DNA from: a virus
Lineage: Duplodnaviria; Heunggongvirae; Uroviricota; Caudoviricetes
Direction: 5' to 3' (one strand)
DNA length: 43,312 nt
IMG/VR virus record: IMGVR_UViG_2565956616_000006
Coordinates: 1-43,312 of that record
In this document: positions 11,447 to 18,351 of the stretch, piece after piece
Layout of the letters: each line of letters starts with the position of its first letter
How positions within the stretch are numbered: the first letter of the stretch is position 1
Made by a program: the position numbers and the translations under genes
The notes under the pieces: model-generated
The model's input: only the letters and a program-made list of their open reading frames with translations
The model's database searches: none
What the model was told of the DNA's origin: nothing

Positions 11447-11468
11447 AGCCCATTACTGGGCTTTTTTA
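11447..11468 (+). terminator. Rho-independent terminator after the tailspike gene
   Basis: AGCCCA-TTAC-TGGGCT followed by TTTTTT. Confidence 0.8.
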
Positions 11469-11804
11469 TTTTCAGCACACCAATCGAGGCGTGCTTTGCA
11501 AATAGCTTTAACATTTCTTCTATCAGCTAATAATCAAAGGCATGAAGTCTATCATCCAAGTCTCAATCGATCGATACTTGCGGTAGTTGATGAAGAAAAA
11601 CTCTGGTACACAAAGCTTTGCACTGGATTGCAAGGCTTTGTGCTCTTCTGTGGATGTGTGGCTACATGTTTGAAGATCGTTGTGCCGTATTTGTGACATA
11701 TACATGACAACATCATGCATCAACTTTCTGTTTGTGCCATCAACTATAGCTTAGTGAATGCGGTTAATGCTTGCTAAAACAGATAGTTATGATTGGTGCT
11801 ACAG

Positions 11805-11850
11805 ATTCGTAATGCGAAGGTCGTAGGTTCGACTCCTATTATCGGCACCA
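11805..11850 (+). tRNA. 3' 46-nt fragment of tRNA-Thr(CGU) (thrW-type): anticodon loop through CCA. Displaced att copy, not a complete tRNA.
   Basis: ATTCGTAATGCGAAGGTCGTAGGTTCGACTCCTATTATCGGCACCA equals the 3' part of E. coli/Salmonella thrW as remembered. The upstream sequence does not supply an acceptor/D arm. P22 is known to share a 46-bp core with thrW. Confidence 0.8.
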
Positions 11851-11851
11851 T
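11834..11851 (+). repeat. att core copy 1 (TCCTATTATCGGCACCAT)
   Basis: Identical 18-mer also at 30355-30372 and 42759-42776, all in the same orientation. Confidence 0.9.
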
Positions 11852-11963
11852 TCAAACATCTCCCCAAGTCTACTAAAGTCTTTCAAAACCCCTTATAATC
11901 CGCGTATTAAAGCCCCGCTCGTCTTTTGACGTCTACTAAAGTCCCTCAAAATCTACGGTCAGA

Positions 11964-12013
11964 TGGGGGTACTTATGGGGGTATTTGCTGTTCGGTTTAG
12001 TGGAGGTACCCCC
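11964..12013. repeat. Arm-type repeats TGGGGGTA(C/T): two direct (11964-11984) and one inverted (12004-12013), next to the integrase start
   Basis: TGGGGGTACTTATGGGGGTAT here matches TGGGGGTACTTTTGGGGGTAT at 30273-30293 (20/21). The pair brackets element 2 just inside its att cores. Confidence 0.7.
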
Positions 12014-12015
12014 AA

Positions 12016-13230
12016 GTGAAACTCAATGCCCGTCAAATAGACACAGCCAAGCCAAAAGAGAAGGCTTACAAGCTGGCCGATGGTGGCGGTTTGTATCTCT
12101 TGGTAAAACCTAATGGAGGTAAATACTGGCGACTTAAATATCGTGTAGCTGGTAAAGAGAAGCTATTGGCACTAGGTGTTTATCCTGAGGTTACTCTAGC
12201 CGATGCTCGGGCAAAACGTGAAGATGCGAAAAGAGGTATCGCTGGTGGTATCGATCCGATGGAAGCGAAACGAGAGGAAAAGATTGCCCGGGAAACGCAG
12301 TTAAACAACACCTTCAAAGATATTGCCATTGAGTGGCACAGCAGCAAATTAAAAAAATGGTCTGCTGGTTATGCTTCAGACATCCTCGAAGCCTTCAACA
12401 AAGATGTGTTCCCTTACATTGGCAAAAAACCCATCGCCGAAATCAAACCACTTGAACTTCTGAATGTGCTGCGTCGCATCGAGGGGCGCGGTGCTACAGA
12501 AAAAGCCAAAAAAGTGAGGCAACGGTGCGGGGAAGTTTTCCGCTATGCAATAGTCACTGGTCGCGCAGAGTATAACCCTGCACCAGACCTTACTAGCGCG
12601 ATGCAAGGCCATGAATCTAATCATTACCCTTTCCTTACAGCCAAAGAATTACCTGATTTTTTCAAGGCATTGTCCAGTTACTCAGGAAGCGCATTGGTTG
12701 TTATGGCGGCTCGTCTACTGATTATCACCGGCTTGCGGACTGGCGAACTACGTGGCGCATTATGGGATGAAATTGATTTCAACAAGGCTATCTGGGAGAT
12801 ACCCGCTTCACGTATGAAAATGCGGCGGACTCATATTGTGCCATTGTCTGAGCAGGCTCTTTCGCTTATTGGGAAGATTAGAGAAATAACAGGCAATTAC
12901 CCTCTTATGTTTCCCGGGCGCAATGATCCAAGGAAAACAATGAGCGAGGCCAGCATAAACCAAGTGTTTAAGCGCATTGGCTACGCTGGACGTGTAACTG
13001 GTCATGGGTTCCGGCACACTATGAGTACGATTTTGCATGAGCAGGGCTATAACACCGCGTGGATAGAAACGCAGCTCGCTCACGTTGATAAGAACTCAAT
13101 TCGTGGCACATACAACCATGCGCAATATCTGGATGGAAGGCGGGAGATGCTTCAATGGTATGCCGACTATATGGATTCTCTCGAGCATGGCGGAAATGTG
13201 GTGCATATGGTGTTTGAAAAACACGCATGA
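12016..13230 (+). CDS. int: P4-family tyrosine integrase with N-terminal arm-binding (DUF4102-type) domain, 404 aa
   Basis: N-terminus L.ARQI..AKP.EK.YKL.DGGGLYL.V.P.G.K.WR.KYR..GKEK.L.LG.YPEV.LA.AR. Catalytic R (GLRTGELR), HGFRHT, Y (RGTYNH). Immediately downstream of a tRNA-derived att. Confidence 0.9.
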   Translation: MKLNARQIDTAKPKEKAYKLADGGGLYLLVKPNGGKYWRLKYRVAGKEKLLALGVYPEVTLADARAKREDAKRGIAGGIDPMEAKREEKIARETQLNNTFKDIAIEWHSSKLKKWSAGYASDILEAFNKDVFPYIGKKPIAEIKPLELLNVLRRIEGRGATEKAKKVRQRCGEVFRYAIVTGRAEYNPAPDLTSAMQGHESNHYPFLTAKELPDFFKALSSYSGSALVVMAARLLIITGLRTGELRGALWDEIDFNKAIWEIPASRMKMRRTHIVPLSEQALSLIGKIREITGNYPLMFPGRNDPRKTMSEASINQVFKRIGYAGRVTGHGFRHTMSTILHEQGYNTAWIETQLAHVDKNSIRGTYNHAQYLDGRREMLQWYADYMDSLEHGGNVVHMVFEKHA

Positions 13231-13374
13231 AACAACTGGACAAGTATACAGAGGTTTACTAAAGTATAGGGGAGTAGATTGATAAAAACTCACAGAGGAT
13301 TGCTATTTAACAGTTAGCCCTGGAGAAGGGCAATCGCTCTTTTATAAACGAAGGTGTATTGAGCCTTCTACGTC

Positions 13375-13436
13375 GCTGACAAAGCGGAATGTTCTTTAAC
13401 AGGCTTTGGCGCTGACAAAGCGCAATTGTTCTTTAA
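13375..13436 (+). repeat. Two ~25-bp direct repeats GCTGACAAAGCG(G/C)AAT(T)GTTCTTTAA upstream of alpA
   Basis: Copies at 13375-13399 and 13411-13436, read directly. Likely a regulator-binding region; function inferred only. Confidence 0.5.
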
Positions 13437-13658
13437 AACTACTGGATGTCACGCCTAATAGCGTGATCCTGCCGAAATGCAGGGTAGCTCTACCCTTGTG
13501 GAGCAAACAAACCAAAACAATCTGACTATCTTTTATAAAAGACCGCAATATGTTTTTCATATTGTGGTCTTTGGCGTATTCGACATTTGACGCAAATAAA
13601 ACTCTCGCCATTCGTTGCAGGAGGGAGTTATTGCGTCATTAGTACAGGATATTAATAA

Positions 13659-13862
13659 ATGGCTAATTACAATTCATTAATTCGTCTCTCTGAAGTTCAA
13701 AGGCGAACTGGTTATAGCAAAGCATGGATTTATCGTCTTATTAGTCAGGGGAGGTTCCCTAAACAGGTAAAAATTGGAAGTCGGGCAATTGCTTTTGTTG
13801 AGTCTGAAATAGATGAATGGATTGAGAAGTGTATATTAGAATCTAGAGACGAGGTGGCCTGA
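13659..13862 (+). CDS. alpA: AlpA-family (MerR-like HTH) transcriptional regulator/excision activator, 67 aa
   Basis: L.RL.EV..RTG.S...IYR.I..G.FP.....G.R...F...EI.EWI is the AlpA/Phage_AlpA pattern. Typical position after a P4-type int. Confidence 0.85.
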   Translation: MANYNSLIRLSEVQRRTGYSKAWIYRLISQGRFPKQVKIGSRAIAFVESEIDEWIEKCILESRDEVA

Positions 13863-14293
13863 TGGAAAAGAAAAACCGCCCATTACAGGCGGCTAATTCA
13901 GATATTCGTGTATCTGATGTTACGCCCCTTACAAAATCCCTTCAAGCACCAAAGCGCACACCGAAAAAGCATCGTGCCAGAGTCTATATGCTGCGTACTG
14001 GTATAGAGGGATGGACAGAAAATGACATTCTTCGCTACTGCCGTCTGTCTTCTGGTCGTAACTATGCAACAGAGTTAGAACGCCAGCTTGGAATCACTCT
14101 GGAGCGTATCGACGAAAAGAATCCTGATGGTATCGGAACACACCTTCGCTACCGTTTCTCCTGCCGTGGTGATGTTCTGAAAGTGATCACTCATATTAAC
14201 CATCTTGCGAACATAAATGATCACAACGGACTTTCTCAGCAGGAAATTGCCGACATTCTGAAACTCTACCCGGACGCGTTTAACGCCGCCTAA
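13862..14293 (+). CDS. Hypothetical protein, 143 aa
   Basis: TGATG coupling to alpA; same-strand operon. No family recognised. Confidence 0.55.
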   Translation: MEKKNRPLQAANSDIRVSDVTPLTKSLQAPKRTPKKHRARVYMLRTGIEGWTENDILRYCRLSSGRNYATELERQLGITLERIDEKNPDGIGTHLRYRFSCRGDVLKVITHINHLANINDHNGLSQQEIADILKLYPDAFNAA

Positions 14294-14305
14294 CGGAGAC
14301 TGAAA

Positions 14306-15139
14306 ATGAACATCGAAAAAAGCAGATTAATTTCTGAGGCCGCCCCTCATCTGAACGCCTCTCTGGGCACAATTAACGGTAATGAATTTGCCGCAATTGT
14401 CCCGGTTATTCCTGGTCATATCGGTGGGCGTGAAACCAATATTGTTAGCGCAAAAGCGTTACACAAAGCGTTGGGCGTGGGAAAAGACTTCTCTACATGG
14501 ATCACTGATCGCATCTCTGAATATGACTTCACCATTGGGCACGATTACTCAGTCCATAAAACAATTTCCCCAAATTTGGGGAAAAGCCCGAATGGCGCGG
14601 CTTACAGCAAGATAAAGCACTCTGGCAGACCCGGCAAAGACTATCTGTTAAGTGTCGGAATGGCGAAAGAACTGGCAATGATCGAACGCAATGATCAGGG
14701 TCGCGCTATCCGCCGTTATTTCATCCAGTGCGAGGAAGAATTACAGCGTAGCGTGCCTGAAATCGCCGCCCGCTATCGTCGCCAGCTAAAAGCCCGTCTC
14801 AGTGCCGCAAACAACTTTAAGCCAATGTGCGATGCGCTGAATATGGCCCGTGCCGAGATGGGTAAAACGACGCAGCAACACCACTACACAAACGAGAGCA
14901 ATATGATTTCTCGTATCGTTCTTGGTGGGCTAACTGCTAAGCAGTGGGCGCGGATAAATGGCTATTCTGGCGAACCTCGCGACCATATGAACGCAGAACA
15001 GCTTGAGCACCTCTCATATCTCGAAAGCACCAATATCACGTTAATTGATATGGGCATGGAATATGAGCAGCGCAAAGGAGAACTCACCCGCCTGTCGCAA
15101 CGCTGGCTCGCCAAGCGTCTGGAGGTGGTCAATGTCTAA
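14306..15139 (+). CDS. AntA/AntB-type phage antirepressor-like protein, 277 aa
   Basis: N-terminal pattern (....V.AK.LH..LGV.KDFS.WI..RI..Y.F..G.DY, YLLS..MAKELAM.ER...G...R.YFI.CE) resembles the AntA domain. Confidence 0.65.
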   Translation: MNIEKSRLISEAAPHLNASLGTINGNEFAAIVPVIPGHIGGRETNIVSAKALHKALGVGKDFSTWITDRISEYDFTIGHDYSVHKTISPNLGKSPNGAAYSKIKHSGRPGKDYLLSVGMAKELAMIERNDQGRAIRRYFIQCEEELQRSVPEIAARYRRQLKARLSAANNFKPMCDALNMARAEMGKTTQQHHYTNESNMISRIVLGGLTAKQWARINGYSGEPRDHMNAEQLEHLSYLESTNITLIDMGMEYEQRKGELTRLSQRWLAKRLEVVNV

Positions 15140-15314
15140 GCCAACAGGAACACCACAACCACAAAAACGCTACAAAGATGCCCACGGAGCACTCGTTACT
15201 GTCGAAAGCGTGTCTCACAACCGAGTGACGTTTTATCGCGACGGGTATCAATCGCCATGCGTACAACCGCTGGCGCGTTTCATGAAGGAGTTCGCGGAGG
15301 TTAACAAATGCTAA
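15132..15314 (+). CDS. Small protein, 60 aa (DUF4222-like by recollection)
   Basis: ATG at 15132 preceded by GGAGGTGG. Overlaps the stop of the upstream gene. The ORF-track start at 15045 is an extension. Confidence 0.5.
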   Translation: MSKPTGTPQPQKRYKDAHGALVTVESVSHNRVTFYRDGYQSPCVQPLARFMKEFAEVNKC

Positions 15315-15745
15315 CCGTCCAGAAGAAGACATTTTCACTGGCTGGTATGTCGCCAAAATCCAGCAATATGACGGCAAAGTCAGGCATTAATACCGCAGAT
15401 ACAAGCAAAGTTTATCATTTGCTGGTGGTCGGAACGGATGCCTTAACCATATCAGAAATCTCGGGCGATGATATTAGCATTGAGAAGGTCAGCGGCTGCG
15501 CCAGAAAATTTCTGGTCGTAGATGATGTCTTCCGCTCGTGTAGTGACTCCACAAAAACATTCGTCCACGCGCGTGACGTTAACGAAATGAGCGCGATGTA
15601 CTGTGCATCTGGTGCTTCCAATAGCGAGTTTTCGGAGTCCATAAAAAAGAGCTTGCCGTTATGCGGCAACACGGTTTATGGTTATAAGGCACCTCATAAA
15701 ACGGGTGCCGGGATTGGCGTCCTGGTAAATCGAATGGCGACATAT

Positions 15746-15767
15746 GACGCGCCGAGCGTCTTTTTTT
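15746..15767 (+). terminator. Intrinsic terminator inside the early operon, 9 nt downstream of an antisense-RNA target site
   Basis: GACGC-GCCGA-GCGTC followed by TTTTTTT. ATCGAATGG at 15729-15737 is complementary to the loop of the RNA at 15835-15913. Confidence 0.6.
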
Positions 15768-15834
15768 ATGTCGTAGGTCTGACTCACCCATTTTTTGGGC
15801 GTTGGTGTATAATCCAGCGCCTTTGTCAATCAAT

Positions 15835-15913
15835 GGTGGCTCAGGCAGGGGCTTCTTCGGAAGCGCCGGTATCCATTCGAGCCGGTTACGCCAACCCTGT
15901 CTGGGCTACCACC
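15835..15913 (+). ncRNA. C4/CI-type immunity antisense RNA candidate (79-nt cloverleaf-like fold)
   Basis: The closing stem pairs 15835-15850 with 15895-15913 (5 bp, then a bulge, then 11 bp including G-U pairs). One inner hairpin is GCTTC-TTCG-GAAGC (UUCG tetraloop). A second hairpin, GCCGG...CCGGT, carries the loop TCCATTCGA. That loop is complementary to TCGAATGG(A) at 15730-15737 and 15952-15960. A TATAAT -10 lies at 15808-15813. Confidence 0.7.
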
Positions 15914-15969
15914 AGCGAAATTGGCGTTTCCGGTGGTAGCGTTACATGCTATCGAATGGAGGCTGCCAC

Positions 15970-16164
15970 ATGCTGGCTACTACCCCTACCCAAAAACCGC
16001 AATTTATCTGGATTATCGCCGCAGTTCGCCGCGATTGCCCGACAATTACCGCCAAAATTCATCATATTGCTGCCGAGTCTGAACGCGATGCTCGCCGTTC
16101 TCTGGTGCGCGATCACGTCTGCTTTTTTGCTGGTCGTATCCGCATGGAGGTGGCTCATGATTAA
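15970..16164 (+). CDS. Icd-like (host cell-division inhibitor family) small protein, 64 aa
   Basis: MLATTPTQKPQFIWIIAAV.... resembles Icd-like proteins of P1/P4-type elements as remembered. Its GGAGG SD (15958-15962) is overlapped by the antisense target site. Confidence 0.6.
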   Translation: MLATTPTQKPQFIWIIAAVRRDCPTITAKIHHIAAESERDARRSLVRDHVCFFAGRIRMEVAHD

Positions 16165-16375
16165 AACCTACGATGTGCATATGGATCCCCTCGAACGCAC
16201 AAGCCAGATCATCACACTGACAGAAGTGATTAACGACATTCTGGTGAGCAACTCTCCCTCACGAGACGAAAGACTGAAGGCGTTACTCGCGATATTGGAT
16301 CTCGCCGTTCGTGACGTTCATTTCCTGCTGGAAGGTGGCGAAATGCCAGGAAAAACGGGGGCAACCAATGAATAA
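16157..16375 (+). CDS. Hypothetical small protein, 72 aa
   Basis: ATG at 16157 after GGAGGTGG. Overlaps the icd-like stop. This is the C-terminal part of the 355-aa ORF-track call. Confidence 0.55.
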   Translation: MIKTYDVHMDPLERTSQIITLTEVINDILVSNSPSRDERLKALLAILDLAVRDVHFLLEGGEMPGKTGATNE

Positions 16376-16562
16376 CTCAATTAATACCCCTCGCCTTACG
16401 TCCGCACTTCAATTAATCGAGCAAGCAGCGGCTGTCCTGGTTGCTGTCAGTCTTTCGGCTGAAGAAATGGACGCTGCTGATGTCGTGGATGCGATTAAAG
16501 CGTGCTCATCTTTGGTTAACGATGCCCGTGCCGAGCTGGTAATTCTTGGGGGTGAAAAATGA
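16368..16562 (+). CDS. Hypothetical small protein, 64 aa
   Basis: ATG at 16368 overlapping the previous stop. Compact same-strand operon. Confidence 0.5.
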   Translation: MNNSINTPRLTSALQLIEQAAAVLVAVSLSAEEMDAADVVDAIKACSSLVNDARAELVILGGEK

Positions 16563-16822
16563 ATATCAACTTAATTTATCGTCATCCGTGTGAGCTGGAA
16601 ATTGAATCATTGCTGGGGCGTGAAGAGCCATATCCAGACACATTCACTCCCGCAGATTGCGCGACTGAACGGCTTACCAGAGCGCGCACAGGTCTGGTTC
16701 ATGTGATGAATGAGATTGTTCCCTCGGTGGGAGGGGAACAGGCGACAGTAATCAATAGCTGGCTACAAAAAGTTACCTCCCTGATAGATATCGGTTTAAT
16801 CGATGTGGAGAGTGCGAAATGA
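16559..16822 (+). CDS. Hypothetical protein, 87 aa
   Basis: ATGA start/stop overlap with the upstream gene. Confidence 0.55.
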   Translation: MNINLIYRHPCELEIESLLGREEPYPDTFTPADCATERLTRARTGLVHVMNEIVPSVGGEQATVINSWLQKVTSLIDIGLIDVESAK

Positions 16823-17040
16823 CCAACATCCAGCTCATTGAAGCGCAATGTCGCATCGAACAGGTTCAGACTGTTTTAGGGTTCTGGCTTGAAGGGGCCA
16901 GCCCCAGCAACAGAGACAAGTTAATGATTGGCGCGGTTATGTCACTGCTTAATGGCGTACCAGAAGCTATTCAGGAAGCGGACGAATTGTTGGGCAAATA
17001 TGAGTTACAGAATCATTCAGGCGAGGCGAAACATGAATAA
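16819..17040 (+). CDS. Hypothetical protein, 73 aa
   Basis: ATGA start/stop overlap with the upstream gene. Confidence 0.55.
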   Translation: MTNIQLIEAQCRIEQVQTVLGFWLEGASPSNRDKLMIGAVMSLLNGVPEAIQEADELLGKYELQNHSGEAKHE

Positions 17041-17635
17041 TTTCTTAACTTTCCATGCAGAAGCAACGCCTGACGGCGTAAACATCATGTACCGCAGCAA
17101 CGATGGCATGACAGAACGCGTTGAGGCCATCTCATATATTGATGCCGTAAATCGTCTGGATGCCGGGGATTATGACGATAAACCAGATGAAGGTATGTCA
17201 ATACATCTCGCTATTGCCGATGGCGGCAACCAGGGATATTTCGATTACACATCACAGCATAACGTCATTATGTGGAGATGGCTGATCGCAACAGTATTCA
17301 TGCTGGAAATGAGAGAGGAAAACGGCACTGTCAGCATCATTGATGATACTGGCAATCCTTCCGAAGTGGCTGTTTATTCCAACGGCATCGTCGCCATGCC
17401 GCTGTATCCAGTAGCAGAGCGCCTCGCTATGGCAAACAACATTGAGGGCGCGATGATAGAACGTTTTGGCATCGAGTCTGGCACAGAACGCGCCATCATT
17501 TTCTACAGAGCCATGATGGATGTGGAACAAGGAGCACTGACTCCATTTGGTCGTGAAACGCTTGCTGAACTTCACAACAGCTTTATAGCTGAACTGAATG
17601 AAAACGGCATGCCAGCGGAACCAGTGACGCACTGA
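17033..17635 (+). CDS. Hypothetical protein, 200 aa (ORF-track start at 16928 trimmed)
   Basis: ATG at 17033 overlaps the previous stop (ATGAATAA). The upstream extension lies inside the preceding gene. Confidence 0.55.
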   Translation: MNNFLTFHAEATPDGVNIMYRSNDGMTERVEAISYIDAVNRLDAGDYDDKPDEGMSIHLAIADGGNQGYFDYTSQHNVIMWRWLIATVFMLEMREENGTVSIIDDTGNPSEVAVYSNGIVAMPLYPVAERLAMANNIEGAMIERFGIESGTERAIIFYRAMMDVEQGALTPFGRETLAELHNSFIAELNENGMPAEPVTH

Positions 17636-17645
17636 GGATGGAGCC

Positions 17646-17987
17646 ATGATTACTAAAAATTTCCGACTGAATGCGCTGGCAAATAAGTATGCGTCGGCAC
17701 TGTATAACCACATTACCTCCACCAGCGGCGGGGACTATTTCATGGTTGATGCGGACGGCGAGGCCGTCCGTGTGGAAATCGTCAATGGAGTAAAAGGCGT
17801 TCGCAGCCTGATCGATAGCTACACACTGGCAGCCATGAAAGTGTTCTACCCGCAGTGGGAAACCGTGGGGATCGAGCTTCTTGAACGTTGCGTCACTAAG
17901 GACGGATTGACTGACGTCGGGCGTGAGATATGGCAAAGCATGGTTAATGACATGGGCGCAACTGTAGCGGGAGGTTCTCATGCGTGA
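17646..17987 (+). CDS. Hypothetical protein, 113 aa
   Basis: SD-like GGATGGAG 4 nt upstream. Same operon. Confidence 0.55.
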   Translation: MITKNFRLNALANKYASALYNHITSTSGGDYFMVDADGEAVRVEIVNGVKGVRSLIDSYTLAAMKVFYPQWETVGIELLERCVTKDGLTDVGREIWQSMVNDMGATVAGGSHA

Positions 17988-18351
17988 AAATGCAGAAATG
18001 GCGCTTAGCTCAGCAATCGGAGAGCAGGTGGCAAAGATTGCTGGTGCTGTGTGGATTCATAACCTTCATTCTACTGGTGAAGAGAAAATGGTAATTCAGA
18101 CGCCAGAGGGACGCACCATTACTACATCTCTGAAGCCGTCAGATGTTTGTGATCTGATTTGCGCATTCATGTACCCAGCAATGAGGACTGTCCACGGCGA
18201 TAAGTGGAAACTTGCGACAACCGCTGAATTTGATATGTGGCTAAACAATGATGGCATGCTGACTGATTACGGAATAACCAAGTGGCAGATGCTGGTTAGC
18301 CATATCGCAAACGCTATAGACCACGTGGGGTACGGTGATGCGAAACATTGA
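17980..18351 (+). CDS. Hypothetical protein, 123 aa
   Basis: Overlaps the previous gene by 8 nt. Same operon. Confidence 0.55.
   Translation: MRENAEMALSSAIGEQVAKIAGAVWIHNLHSTGEEKMVIQTPEGRTITTSLKPSDVCDLICAFMYPAMRTVHGDKWKLATTAEFDMWLNNDGMLTDYGITKWQMLVSHIANAIDHVGYGDAKH

Noticed and set aside
11496-11723. Two overlapping antiparallel 66-aa ORFs between the tailspike and att
   Set aside because: No SD and low-complexity translations. They are located in what should be the attP arm region. Not supportable as genes.
11761-11850. Possible complete tRNA gene at the prophage end
   Set aside because: Only the 3' 46 nt (anticodon loop to CCA) match tRNA-Thr. The preceding sequence cannot form an acceptor stem or D arm, so this is the displaced att fragment.
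13396-13611. 71-aa minus-strand ORF between int and alpA
   Set aside because: It crosses a 12-bp hairpin (13541-13569) and the 25-bp direct repeats. More likely a regulatory intergenic region.
15308-16375. 355-aa ORF spanning the middle of the satellite early operon
   Set aside because: It reads straight through an intrinsic terminator (15746-15767), a TATAAT box and the 79-nt structured RNA. It also lies out of frame over the icd-like gene. Its last 72 codons form a separate gene with its own GGAGGTGG SD at 16157. The Cys/Trp-rich middle does not look like protein. Only the first ~145 codons might be coding, but no stop codon ends them, so I did not call that part.
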